A stretch of DNA of 64,000 nucleotides from the NCBI GenBank assembly GCA_965204725.1, contig OZ242005.1, forward strand, positions 1,984,001 to 2,048,000. Direction: 5' to 3'. A program made the translations under genes and the position numbers. The notes below the pieces were generated by a model that was not told where the DNA came from, ran no database searches, and worked only from the letters and a program-made list of their open reading frames with translations. Within the stretch, counting starts at the first letter, position 1. Each line of letters starts with the position of its first letter. Source of the DNA: Candidatus Latescibacterota bacterium. Lineage in GTDB: Bacteria; Latescibacterota; UBA2968; UBA8231. Below are positions 47,428 to 57,231 of this stretch, piece by piece.

Positions 47428-48213
47428 ATGGACAGCAAAGACTATCTGCACACCCTCTTCTCCTGCGAGGGCCGCCGCGCCATCGTCACCGGAGCCTCCA
47501 GCGGCTTAGGGGCCGAAATGGCCCGCGTCCTCGTCTCAGCAGGCGCGGACGTCCTCGCCGTCGCCCGCCGCCAAGCGCGCCTCCAAGCACTGGCCGAGCA
47601 ATTGCAAGACCGAGCCGGAACCATCCATGTACACTCGGCCGACCTCAGCGACAACGCGGCCATCGCCGCCCTGCCCGAAAAGGCGCACACACGGCTCGGC
47701 GGCTGCGACATCTTGGTCGCCAATGCCGGCACCGCCACCCGCGCCCGCCTCGAAGACATGCCCGAGCAGGATTTTGCCGCGGTCGTCGATCTCAACCTCA
47801 AGGCGCAGTGGCTGCTCGCCAAAGCCTGCTTCCCCTTGCTTTGCCAATCGGGTGCCGGCCGCATCGTCAATATCGCCTCGATCTACGGCTTGGGGGCCTC
47901 AGTAATCAACGGCCTGAGTGCCTACACCGCCAGCAAACACGGGCTCGTGGGGCTGACGCGCTCGCAGGCAGTGGAATGGAGCCGACACGGCATCACCGCC
48001 AACGCCATCGCCCCCAGCTATTTCCCCACCGAATTGACCGAGACCGCACTCGACAACGAGAAAATGAGCACCCGCCTGCGTAGCTTTACGCCGCAGGGCC
48101 GCTTTGGTCAGCCCGCCGAGTTGGCTACGACCCTACTCTTCTTGTGCTCAAAGGCCAGTGGCTACGTCAACGGGGCCGTCGTACCTGTAGATGGCGGCTG
48201 GACAGCGTGGTAA
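47428..48213 (+). CDS. short-chain dehydrogenase/reductase
   Basis: TGASSGLG, ANAG, NIAS, YTASK, VDGGW. Confidence 0.92.
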   Translation: MDSKDYLHTLFSCEGRRAIVTGASSGLGAEMARVLVSAGADVLAVARRQARLQALAEQLQDRAGTIHVHSADLSDNAAIAALPEKAHTRLGGCDILVANAGTATRARLEDMPEQDFAAVVDLNLKAQWLLAKACFPLLCQSGAGRIVNIASIYGLGASVINGLSAYTASKHGLVGLTRSQAVEWSRHGITANAIAPSYFPTELTETALDNEKMSTRLRSFTPQGRFGQPAELATTLLFLCSKASGYVNGAVVPVDGGWTAW

Positions 48214-48228
48214 TCATTGAAGGGTCGG

Positions 48229-50033
48229 ATGAAAGTAGCGTGGAAGCACTCCGCCCTTGAGAAAACGGCCCGGTGCTGGCGCGACCCCTTCGCCTTGCTC
48301 ATCGCCATCCTCGCCCTCTTGGGCACCGTCCACATCCTCGTCCGCACCGCTTCCTACGGCACCGCGGTCCTCTACGACTCCTCAGTTCTTCTGTCCACGG
48401 CCGTGAACTTCCTCGCCGGAGAGGGCTGGCAGGATTCTTTTGGCCGCCCGCTGGTAGGATGGCCGCCCTTGTTTCCCCTGCTGCTGGCAGCCGGCGGTTG
48501 GGTAGGCATTGAGCCGTTTGCGGCGGGTCGGTTGCTCAACGCCGCGGCCTTTGGGCTGACCATCCTCGCCGCGGGGAACTATCTGCGCTCCAATCTCCGG
48601 TCGCGGGGGCTGGCACTGACTGCCAGCGTAGTCATCGCGACCTCCCTGCCCTTGAGCTATTGGGCGTCCTGCATCATGACCGATAACCTCTTCGTCCTGT
48701 TGACGCTCCTCGCCTTGATCCAGTTGGCGGCCTTCCTCCAGCGCGGCGGACGGATGCCCCTGTTGGGGGGCGCGGTTTTTACCGCACTGGCCGCGCTGAC
48801 CCGCTATCCGGGCGTGGTCCTGATCGGCGTCGGCGTCCTGTTGCTGCTGGTGCGGCGCACCCCGTCGCTGGCCACCCGGTTGAAAGACGCCATCGCTTAT
48901 GGGACCGTCTCATCCATTCTCCTCGCGGGGGTACTGACGCGCAACTGGGAGATCTCCGGGTACCTGACCGGGTGGAGAGACGGATCGGGGCAGTCCCTGC
49001 CCGCTGGGCTGCGCCAAGTGGCCGATGTATTCCGGGAGTGGGTGATTCCCTCGAACGCGCCGGACGGGTTTGGTTACCTCTTGTGGACGGCGGTTGGGCT
49101 GGTTGCGGCAGCGGGGATGGTCGTCGTTCTGGCAGGTCTCGGCTTCGGCCTAGGTGGAAAGGATCGGACGGCGGCACCGCTCTTCGGGTTGGGACCGGCA
49201 CTCCCATTCGGGGTGTTCACTTTGATCTACTCGCTATTCATGGTCGCGGTCGTGCCCTTCACGGCTGCTCAGGAAATCAACAGCCGCTACCTGCTGCCGG
49301 TGTATGTGCCGCTGCTGTTGGCGGCGGTGTTGCTGCTGCTTGGTTTTGGGATCGGACCGCGGCCCCGGGAAAGCACCTGTTTCTCCCGGCTGAGATTCAC
49401 CTTATGACGTCGTCCATACTGGAGGCGACCGATGACGACACCCCGTATATCGTATGGCTCCGGGGCGAAAAGTCTTTTTACGACTACGACGACCTCGACA
49501 TCCGCTTACTGCCCGGGGTGGAACCCGTGGCCGAGTTGGGCGACGGCGTGGTATTCCGCGTAACGGCGACCGAACCCTTCAATGCGGAGCGGCATCGCGC
49601 CCGAAAGCAACGCTACGTGCAGCAACTCATCGAACGGGCTGGCGAGTTGGTGATCCGCGCCGACTCGACGTGGCCGATTCACACTTCGGACGCAGAACGG
49701 GCCGACGAGCAGGTGGCTCGCGCCGGCTGGGACGTGTACCGAAACGGACGCAAGCTGACCTACCACAAACAGCCGTGTGCCCCCGACGACGTGGAGACGA
49801 ATTTCGTCTTGCAAGTCATCCCGGTCGATCCAGCCGACCTGTCAGCCGACCGCAGGCCATCCGGCTTTGACCACCTCGACTTCAATTTCTACATACACGG
49901 CGGCATCCGGCTCGACGACCAGTGTGTGGTGACCGCCCAACTCCCCGACTACCCCATCAGCCGCATCTATATCGGCCGGTGGATGGCCGACAACGACAGC
50001 ATGCTCTGGGAAATGAAGGCCGAGGGGATATGA
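48229..50033 (+). pseudogene. GT-C paralogue 12, frameshifted by an internal deletion
   Basis: At ~49337-49340 the LLL codons join directly to AWFWDRT in another frame; about 250 bp missing versus paralogue 3 (14034-14283). Confidence 0.85.
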
Positions 50034-51958
50034 GCGGGTGGTTCCTCTCAAGCACGGACCACCTGCGCTCAACCCTTGAGAAAACGGCCCGGTTCGGGCG
50101 CGACCCCTTCGCCCTGCTCATCGCCGTCCTCGCCATCTTGGGCACCGCGCACGTCCTCGTCCGCACCGCTACCTACGGCGCGGCCGTCAACACGGATTCC
50201 ACACTTTTCCTGTCCACGGCCCTGAATGTCCTCGCGGGAGAAGGCTGGCAGGATTTCACCGGCTCCAAGGAGATCGAATGGCCGCCCTTGTTCCCCCTAC
50301 TGCTGGCGACCTGCGGTTGGATTGGCATCGAGCCGCTGGAGGCGGGTCGGTGGATCAACGCCATCGCCTTCGGGCTGACCATCTTTGCCGCTGGGAACTG
50401 GCTACGCTCAAATCTCCGGTCGCAGTGGTTGATGCTGGCCGCCACCGCGACCCTCACGGCCTCCCTGCCCCTGACCCATTTCGCGTCCTACCTCCTAACC
50501 GAGCCGCTCTTCGTCCTGTTCGCGCTCCTCGCCTCGATCCAGTTGGCGGCCGTCCTCAACCGCAAGACAGCGTGGCCTCCTCTGTGGTGGGCGGCGGTTT
50601 TCACCGCGTTGGCCGCGCTGACCCGCTATGCGGGCGTGGCCCTAATCGGCACCGGCGTCCTCGTGCTGCTGCCCCTCGCCCGGTGGAAGCATACCCTCGT
50701 CTTTGGCGCGGTCTCGTCCCTGCCCTTGCTGGCGAATTGGACGGTCTCCGAGACCTTGGCCGGCGACAGAGGCGAGTCCTCGGCGCAGTCCCTAGCCGAA
50801 GGGCTGCGCCAGATCGTTGAGGTGTTCCGCACGTGGGTCGTCCCCCCCAACGCGCCGGACGGGCTGGCGTATCTGCTATGGCTGGCGGTCGCCGCGGTCG
50901 TCCTCGCCAACGCCGCGGTCGTCCTGCGCGCCAGCCCCGCACCAGCATCCTTCCGCTTGAGGCCAGTGCTCCCTTTCGGAGGGTTCGCCGTGATCTACCT
51001 CGTATTTACGGTCGCGGCGCAGGGCATCGACAGCCGCTATCTGCTGCCGCTGTACGTGCCGCTGCTGCTGACGGCGGCGTTGCTGCTCGATCGGTTCCTA
51101 TCCATCGCCGCGGCGGGCTGGATAGTCACCGCCCGCTACGTCGTCGGGCTGGCGACCCTCGTCCACGTCGGCTGCTCGGCGCACGAAAACCTCCGTCTTA
51201 CCGCCCAAGCATGGAAAGCCGGGTACGAACAAAACCGGACGTACAACGCCGCCTCTTGGCAACACTCCGAGACCTTGAATTACCTCCGGGACCACCGCAT
51301 TGAGGGCAGGATTTACAGCAACCACAGATCACTGGCTTGGCTTGCGGATCGGACCGCGGCCCCAGGAAAGTACCAAGACCTCCCGCACGAGATGCAGTGG
51401 ACCGAGGCCGGCACCGGCGCGTATATCGTTTGGTTTGAGGGGTTCCACCAGCGAGATCACGACGGCCACGACGGCCTAGACCTCCGTCTGCTGCCCGGCG
51501 TGGAAACCGTGGCCGAACTGGCCGATGGCGTCGTATTCCGCGTAACGGCCGCCGAACCGTTCGATGCGGACAGGCAGCACACTTGGAAAGGACGCTACAT
51601 GGAGCTGGATGAACTCATCAGACAGGCCGGCGAGCGGGTGGTGCGCTCCGACTGGGACGTGTATCGCAATGGACGCCGGTTGACGTACCTCAAAAAGCCG
51701 TGCGCCTCGGCCGACACACAGGCGAAGTTCGTTTTGCACATCGTCCCGGCCGTCCCGGCCGACCTGCCAGACCACCGCAAACAGTACGGTTTTGACAATC
51801 TCGACTTCTATTTCAACCGGCGCGGCGTCCTGCTCGACGGCCAGTGTATCGCGATTGCCCAGCTCCCCGACTACGCCATCAGCCACATCCGCGTCGGCCA
51901 GTGGATTGCCGCCGAGAACCGGCATCTATGGGGAGCGGAGTTTTCAGGGGGCCAGTGA
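50030..51958 (+). CDS. GT-C glycosyltransferase paralogue 13 (1 module)
   Basis: Same motifs; ATGA overlap; several short in-frame deletions. Confidence 0.78.
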   Translation: MSGWFLSSTDHLRSTLEKTARFGRDPFALLIAVLAILGTAHVLVRTATYGAAVNTDSTLFLSTALNVLAGEGWQDFTGSKEIEWPPLFPLLLATCGWIGIEPLEAGRWINAIAFGLTIFAAGNWLRSNLRSQWLMLAATATLTASLPLTHFASYLLTEPLFVLFALLASIQLAAVLNRKTAWPPLWWAAVFTALAALTRYAGVALIGTGVLVLLPLARWKHTLVFGAVSSLPLLANWTVSETLAGDRGESSAQSLAEGLRQIVEVFRTWVVPPNAPDGLAYLLWLAVAAVVLANAAVVLRASPAPASFRLRPVLPFGGFAVIYLVFTVAAQGIDSRYLLPLYVPLLLTAALLLDRFLSIAAAGWIVTARYVVGLATLVHVGCSAHENLRLTAQAWKAGYEQNRTYNAASWQHSETLNYLRDHRIEGRIYSNHRSLAWLADRTAAPGKYQDLPHEMQWTEAGTGAYIVWFEGFHQRDHDGHDGLDLRLLPGVETVAELADGVVFRVTAAEPFDADRQHTWKGRYMELDELIRQAGERVVRSDWDVYRNGRRLTYLKKPCASADTQAKFVLHIVPAVPADLPDHRKQYGFDNLDFYFNRRGVLLDGQCIAIAQLPDYAISHIRVGQWIAAENRHLWGAEFSGGQ

Positions 51959-51969
51959 TAGGTGCCCGC

Positions 51970-52686
51970 TTAAACCGGCGGTGCTTCGAGAAAAACGCGC
52001 ACTCCCATATCGGCGTAGCGCGCCCTCCGGTCGGCCGTGCCATTGCGAAAACAGACCGCAGTATCCGTGCCCTGCAAGGCTTCAACCACGAGGCGCACGC
52101 AATCGTCAACGCTTTTGAGCTGGGGATGGCCCCGGTGATTTAGGTCCATTTGCAGGTCGGTAGGGCCAAAGGAGAGGCAATCGACCCCGGGGCACGCCAA
52201 GTTGAATGCACTCGTCGCGGCCGCCACGGATTCGACTTGCAGCCACAGCACCCCGTATTGGTTCCACCAATCCGCATAGTCTTGTGGGCGGCCGCTCGGG
52301 TCGCCAACGCGGGCACTGCCGCCGTGGCTACGCACCCCTTGCGGCAGATAGTAGAAATTGGCCACGGCCTCTTCAGCGGTTGCCGCGGTTTCCACCTGCG
52401 GCACTTCGATCCCCGACGGCCCCAAGTCCAAGTGGTTGCCGATCAGGTAGGTGTGGCGGGTGTGCTTGATGCGGAAGTGCAGGGGCAGCTTTAGCTCTTT
52501 GGCCATGCCCGCCAGCGCGACCAAGCGGTCTTCGCTGTACGGCGAGTGCTGGCTATCGGTAAAAACAAAATCGCACGCCCCCAACTCGGCGATTCGCCTG
52601 AACGCATCGCGCTCGATGTCGCCGCGGATGCCAAACCCCACCACCTGTTCGCCGCGCTTGATCTGCTGCTTCAAATTCGCTGCCAT
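51970..52686 (-). CDS. HpcH/HpaI aldolase family protein
   Basis: DFVFTDSQHS, VPQVET, PQGVRS, LQVES, FGPTDL. Confidence 0.8.
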   Translation of the reverse strand: MAANLKQQIKRGEQVVGFGIRGDIERDAFRRIAELGACDFVFTDSQHSPYSEDRLVALAGMAKELKLPLHFRIKHTRHTYLIGNHLDLGPSGIEVPQVETAATAEEAVANFYYLPQGVRSHGGSARVGDPSGRPQDYADWWNQYGVLWLQVESVAAATSAFNLACPGVDCLSFGPTDLQMDLNHRGHPQLKSVDDCVRLVVEALQGTDTAVCFRNGTADRRARYADMGVRVFLEAPPV

Positions 52687-52722
52687 GCTCGGGTCTCCTT
52701 TGAGAAAGGGCCGGACGCTCGG

Positions 52723-53586
52723 TTAGGTGTACAGCCCGAATAGGCTAGCCACCAACCAGAGCAGGGTATTGATCTGCAAGGGCCGATCGCTCCAGACGAC
52801 GGCCGTTGGGTCGTCCCCCTGCCCTCGGTGGTACACTAGATAGAGATAGCGCAACACGCCGTAGAGCACAAAAGGGATGGTCCACTGCATTTGCACCCCC
52901 TCTGCATCGTTCATCCCCATCGCGTACAGCGCGTAGCAAACCATGGTCACGGCCGTGAGGACGGCGATCATCTGGTCGAGGAACGGTACGCTGTATTCAT
53001 CGAGGATGGCGCGGTGATCCGCGGCCCCGTCCATCAGTTGGACGAGCTCCTGTCGGCGCTTGACCGCCGCCACGAAGAGCACCAGCGCGAAGATGCAGAC
53101 GATAAACCAAGTGGAAATAGGCACCTCAATGACCACGCCGCCGCCAACTGCCCGCAGCAGGTAACACGCGGCCACGATGAGCACATCGACCAACACCACG
53201 TGCTTGAGCCGGAGCGAGTACGCCGCGTTGAGCGCCGCGTAGAGTGCGGCTACCCCCCCCAAATGAGGGTGTAGCCAAAAAGCACCGGCCAACGCAAGGG
53301 TCAACGCGACCAAAGCCGCCCCCCCGGCCAATGGGACCGAGAGATGGCCGGCGGCAATTGGCCGGTGGCACTTTTGGGGATGCAGGCGGTCGTACTGGCG
53401 GTCGAAGATGTCGTTAAAAAGATAGACGCCCCCGCTCAGCAGGACGAAGCAGAGGGCCGCCCCTAAGCTGCGTACTAGGTAGGGAATTTCAAAGAGATGT
53501 TCGGAAAAGACGAGGGCGGGAAAGACGAAGACATTCTTGATCCATTGCCGGGGGCGCATGGACCACAGGATGTAGTAGAGCGACAA
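52723..53586 (-). CDS. UbiA-family decaprenyl-phosphate phosphoribosyltransferase-like protein
   Basis: MRPRQWIKN, YLFNDIFD..DRLHPQK..RPIAAG, YSLRLKH, KRRQE, YGVLRY, DDPT. Confidence 0.85.
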   Translation of the reverse strand: MSLYYILWSMRPRQWIKNVFVFPALVFSEHLFEIPYLVRSLGAALCFVLLSGGVYLFNDIFDRQYDRLHPQKCHRPIAAGHLSVPLAGGAALVALTLALAGAFWLHPHLGGVAALYAALNAAYSLRLKHVVLVDVLIVAACYLLRAVGGGVVIEVPISTWFIVCIFALVLFVAAVKRRQELVQLMDGAADHRAILDEYSVPFLDQMIAVLTAVTMVCYALYAMGMNDAEGVQMQWTIPFVLYGVLRYLYLVYHRGQGDDPTAVVWSDRPLQINTLLWLVASLFGLYT

Positions 53587-53627
53587 AACGGGGCTATGCT
53601 TCTATACGACCGGAGAGCAGAGGCCGT

Positions 53628-54188
53628 TTAGACCTCCATGATCTCCTTTTCCTTGGTTTCGATGATTCCGTCAACGGAGGCTACGTATTCAGCGGTCAGC
53701 TCCTGCACCTTTTTCTGCGCGCTGCGCGATTCGTCTTCGGAGAGGTCCCCGTCCTTTTGGGCTTGCTGGAGCAGGTCTATTCCGTCGCGCCGCGCATGGC
53801 GCACCGCAACCCGCCCCTCCTCGGCGCGGTGCCGGGCGACTTTGGTGATTTCCACCCGCCGCTCCTCGGTCAGCTCGGGAATGGGCAGCCGGATGATGGT
53901 GCCGTCGTTGGCCGGATTGAGGCCCAAGCTCTTGTCGGCGAGGATGGCCCGTTCAATCACGGGAATTAAGGCCGCCTCCCAAGGCTTAATCGTCAACAAG
54001 CGCGGCTCGGGGACGCTGATGGTCGCCACCTGATTGAGTGGCGTCTGTTGGCCGTAGTAATCCACCCGCACATTGTCGAGCATGGCGACCGAGGCTCGCC
54101 CCGTGCGGATGGAGGCCAAGTCGCGGCGCAGGGCCTCAATGGCCTTATCCATAGCCTCTTTTACTGTTTCAAGGACCTCTTCCAGCAT
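53628..54188 (-). CDS. frr: ribosome recycling factor
   Basis: IRTGRAS, VDYYG, PELTEERR, KEKEIMEV. Confidence 0.97.
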   Translation of the reverse strand: MLEEVLETVKEAMDKAIEALRRDLASIRTGRASVAMLDNVRVDYYGQQTPLNQVATISVPEPRLLTIKPWEAALIPVIERAILADKSLGLNPANDGTIIRLPIPELTEERRVEITKVARHRAEEGRVAVRHARRDGIDLLQQAQKDGDLSEDESRSAQKKVQELTAEYVASVDGIIETKEKEIMEV

Positions 54189-54206
54189 GGCGGCCTCACT
54201 CAGGCG

Positions 54207-54809
54207 TCAGGCGTCTTCACCCAATACGAACCGCTCAAAGCGACGCACGGTAATTTTTTCGCCGATTTTGGCGGTGATCGCGGTGACGAGCTCGCCGATG
54301 GTCTGGTCGGGGTCTTTGACGAAGACCTGTTCCATTAGGCAGTTTTCCTGATAGAACTTCTCCATCCGACCCACGACGATTTTCTCGGCAATGTGCGCGG
54401 GCTTGCCCTCGTTTTTGGCCTGTTCGAGGTAGATGGCCCGCTCTCTTGCCACGGCGTCGGCGGGAATGCCCTCCCGATCGACCGCCAAAGGCTGGGAGGC
54501 GGCAATGTGCATCGCCACATCCTTGGCGAACCCTTGGAAGTCGTCGGTGCGAGCGACGAAGTCGGTTTCGCAGTTGACCTCTAACAACACCCCGAGGCGG
54601 CTGCCTTGGTGAATATAGGCTTGGATCAGGCCCTCGCTGGCGTCGCGGCCGGCCCGCTTCTCCACGGCCGACAAGCCCTGCTTGCGCAAGTACTCAATGG
54701 CCTTTTCGCTGTCGCCGCCGGTCTCTTGCAGGGCCTTCTTGCAGTCCATCATGCCCAAGCCCGTCTTTTGCCGGAGCATCCGTACGCTTTGTGCGGTAAT
54801 CTGAGTCAT
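54207..54809 (-). CDS. tsf: elongation factor Ts (short form)
   Basis: TGLGMMDCKKAL, EVNCETDFVA, MHIAA, VRRFERF. Confidence 0.97.
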   Translation of the reverse strand: MTQITAQSVRMLRQKTGLGMMDCKKALQETGGDSEKAIEYLRKQGLSAVEKRAGRDASEGLIQAYIHQGSRLGVLLEVNCETDFVARTDDFQGFAKDVAMHIAASQPLAVDREGIPADAVARERAIYLEQAKNEGKPAHIAEKIVVGRMEKFYQENCLMEQVFVKDPDQTIGELVTAITAKIGEKITVRRFERFVLGEDA

Positions 54810-54843
54810 TGTCGTTTGCTTTCAAAAATGGTGAATCGGCGGT

Positions 54844-55584
54844 CTAGGCCGGGGCCGCTTCGGCCTCTTGCTTGTCGTCGCGGGCGGCCTTCTCGGCCTC
54901 GGCCTCGGCCTTGCCCTCAAGCACCGCGTCGGCGACGAGGCGCGTGATCAGGCCGATTGAGCGGATGGCATCGTCGTTGCCCGGGATTGGATAGGTCACT
55001 AAGTCGGGGTCGCAGTTGGTATCGACGATGGCCACCGAAGGAATGCCTAGCTTGGCCGTCTCGCGCACGGCGATGTGCTCCTTCTTGATGTCTATGATAA
55101 AGACCAAGCCCGGCAGGCCGCCCATGTTGCGGATGCCGGCCAAGGTCCGCTGGAGCCGGGCGCGCTCTTTTTCGAGCAGCAGGACCTCTTTTTTCTTGAG
55201 GTTCTCGTACGTCCCGTCGCCTGAGATGCGGTCGAGATGCTCCAAGTGCCGGATGCTCTGGCGGATGGTCTGCCAGTTGGTCAACATCCCGCCGAGCCAG
55301 CGCTCGGTGGCGTGGAACATCCCGCAGCGCTCGGCCTCCTGCCGCACCAGATCCGCCGCCTGCTTCTTCGTGCCGACGAAGAACACGGCGCGGCCAGCGC
55401 GGGCCGTCTGGCGCACGGCTTCGCAAGCGGCTTCAACCTTGCCGACCGTCTTTTGCAGGTCAATGATGTGGATGCCGTTGCGCTCGGTGAAGATGTAGGG
55501 CCGCATTTTGGGATTCCAACGCCGAGTCTGGTGCCCGAAGTGGGTCCCGGCTTCCAGCAAATCGCGGATGGTAAAATCGGCCAT
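54844..55584 (-). CDS. rpsB: 30S ribosomal protein S2
   Basis: [34 protein letters not shown]; SD AGGAG before ATG 55584. Confidence 0.97.
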   Translation of the reverse strand: MADFTIRDLLEAGTHFGHQTRRWNPKMRPYIFTERNGIHIIDLQKTVGKVEAACEAVRQTARAGRAVFFVGTKKQAADLVRQEAERCGMFHATERWLGGMLTNWQTIRQSIRHLEHLDRISGDGTYENLKKKEVLLLEKERARLQRTLAGIRNMGGLPGLVFIIDIKKEHIAVRETAKLGIPSVAIVDTNCDPDLVTYPIPGNDDAIRSIGLITRLVADAVLEGKAEAEAEKAARDDKQEAEAAPA

Positions 55585-55589
55585 TATCG

Positions 55590-55700
55590 CTCCTAAGTGA
55601 GTTGGGCCTCCGCCTCCTTCATTTACACACAGAAGCCCCGCAGCCGCTGAACGCCTGCGGGACACTCTCTGCTGTGCATCGGGAAGCGTGTGTATTGGAA
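55590..55700 (-). promoter_or_regulatory. putative rpsB leader (S2 autoregulatory) RNA
   Basis: Structured 5' UTR: ACACACGC...CCCGCAG/CTGCGGG...GGAGGCCCAAC. Confidence 0.45.
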
Positions 55701-55706
55701 ATGGGA

Positions 55707-56099
55707 CTAGCGCTTGGAAAATTGGAAGCGCTTGCGCGCCCCGGCCAATCCGTACTTTTTGCGCTCTTTCTCGCGGGCATCGCGCGTCAAAAAGCCGCCC
55801 TTCTTCAAGACTTCCCGCTTCTGCGGGTCGTACTGAACCAAGGCGCGGGCAATGCCCAAACAGGCGGCCCCGGCTTGGCCGCGCAGGCCACCGCCCCGGG
55901 TGGAAATGTGAATGTCAAACGTATGCCGCGTTTCGGTCAGGTCCAGCGGCTGCACGAGGATCATCTCTAGGGAATCGCGGCGCAGGTATTCGCCGACCGC
56001 GCGGCCGTTCATGTAAATAGTGCCATCGCCGAGTTGCATCCGCACTCGGGCTACCGAGGTCTTTCTGCGGCCGGTCGCTTCGTAGCTTTCTAAGGGCAT
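55707..56099 (-). CDS. rpsI: 30S ribosomal protein S9
   Basis: [33 protein letters not shown]. Confidence 0.97.
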   Translation of the reverse strand: MPLESYEATGRRKTSVARVRMQLGDGTIYMNGRAVGEYLRRDSLEMILVQPLDLTETRHTFDIHISTRGGGLRGQAGAACLGIARALVQYDPQKREVLKKGGFLTRDAREKERKKYGLAGARKRFQFSKR

Positions 56100-56117
56100 G
56101 GGCGCGTTGCCTTTGGC

Positions 56118-56552
56118 TTAAAGTTCGAGCGGCTGGGGGGTTTGCGCTTGATGCCGGTGCTCGCCGCCGACATAGACGCGGAGCTTCTTGAGCTGCATCC
56201 GGCCCAACTTGGTGTGCGGCAGCATGCCCCGCACGGCCTTGCGGATGATCCGCTCGGGATGCCGCTCGGCCATGCGGCTGTAGGGCGTCGCCCGCAAGCC
56301 ACCGGGATAGCCGGTGTGGCGATAATAGACCTTCTTTGCGGCCTTGTCGCCTGTCACCCGCACCTTATCGGCGTGAATTACGATGACGTGATCTCCCACA
56401 TCGACATGCGGGGCGTATTCGGGCTTGCCCTTGCCGCGCAGCACTTGGGCGATTTCCGAAGCCAGCCGCCCTAGTATCTTGTCTGTGGCATCGACCACAA
56501 ACCACTGCCGCTTGATTTCGCCCGCTTTAGGGGCGTAGGTAATGTCGTTCAT
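56118..56552 (-). CDS. rplM: 50S ribosomal protein L13
   Basis: WFVVDA, LGRLAS, HTGYPGG, AVRGMLP. Confidence 0.97.
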   Translation of the reverse strand: MNDITYAPKAGEIKRQWFVVDATDKILGRLASEIAQVLRGKGKPEYAPHVDVGDHVIVIHADKVRVTGDKAAKKVYYRHTGYPGGLRATPYSRMAERHPERIIRKAVRGMLPHTKLGRMQLKKLRVYVGGEHRHQAQTPQPLEL

Positions 56553-56594
56553 CAGTTTTTTCTTTGGATTATTCAGATTATATAGAAGTTGTTT

Positions 56595-56623
56595 AACGTA
56601 AGCCCTCTATCTTTGCTTGTCAA
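56595..56623 (-). promoter_or_regulatory. sigma70 promoter of the rplM operon
   Basis: TTGACA-N17-TACGTT on the minus strand. Confidence 0.55.
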
Positions 56624-57228
56624 GACTGGTCCACCCGCCGCTTGCGCCACCAACGCCCGAGCAACACCGCCCCCACCAAGCACAATATCCCGACCAATAC
56701 TCTATTGTATTGCGCGAGCACTGCCGTGACCTGTTCCCAACTCTCGCCGACCAAAAACCCGGCGTAGAGCAGCAACCCGTTCCAAACCGCCATGCCAATC
56801 GAACTGCACAGTACCACGGTCGGCCAAGGCATGCGGCCTAGCCCCGCACCGATGGCGATGACCGACCGAATGCCGCTCAAGAACCGGTTGCCTAGAATGA
56901 GCGCGACGCCGTAGCGACTGAGCCACCGCTCGGCTTGGGCCAGCTTGGCCGTGCCCCGACGCCCCGCGAAGAAGGCGCGTCCCCGGCTATAGCCCAGATA
57001 GTACATGACTAAAAAACCAGCCGTGCCCCCAACGCAAGTAACCAAAAAAACCGGCCATATATTCAAGAGGCCGCGCCCTACCAAATAGGCACTAAATACC
57101 ACCACCGTATCGCCCGGTACCGGCGGCACGATGTTTTCCAAAAAGGCACTGAGCAACAACAGGCCGTACGCCCACAGCGGATCAACGCCCGACAGGGCCG
57201 CGAGCAGGGAATCCAAATAGGCCGCCAT
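56620..57228 (-). CDS. DedA family membrane protein
   Basis: FLENIVPPVPGD, RFLSGIR, AGLGRM. Confidence 0.9.
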   Translation of the reverse strand: MAAYLDSLLAALSGVDPLWAYGLLLLSAFLENIVPPVPGDTVVVFSAYLVGRGLLNIWPVFLVTCVGGTAGFLVMYYLGYSRGRAFFAGRRGTAKLAQAERWLSRYGVALILGNRFLSGIRSVIAIGAGLGRMPWPTVVLCSSIGMAVWNGLLLYAGFLVGESWEQVTAVLAQYNRVLVGILCLVGAVLLGRWWRKRRVDQS

Positions 57229-57231
57229 GCT

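Noticed and set aside
49337-49340. Programmed frameshift or phase variation in paralogue 12
   Set aside because: About 250 bp including a TM helix are missing, so slippage could not restore a full protein
25226-49922. ORF-track N-terminal extensions (25226, 29045, 30332, 30380, 33532, 35568, 37622, 49922)
   Set aside because: They overlap upstream genes, REPs or the bridge RNA; paralogue alignment and SD positions give later starts
8378-51925. Long antisense and alternate-frame ORFs over the GT-C genes (e.g. 11850-13049, 12977-14407)
   Set aside because: Shadow ORFs expected from high-GC codon bias; they recur only because the sense genes are paralogous
4833-51958. Diversity-generating retroelement (orphan fragment as template repeat)
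   Set aside because: No reverse transcriptase or Avd in the window, and differences between copies are not confined to adenines
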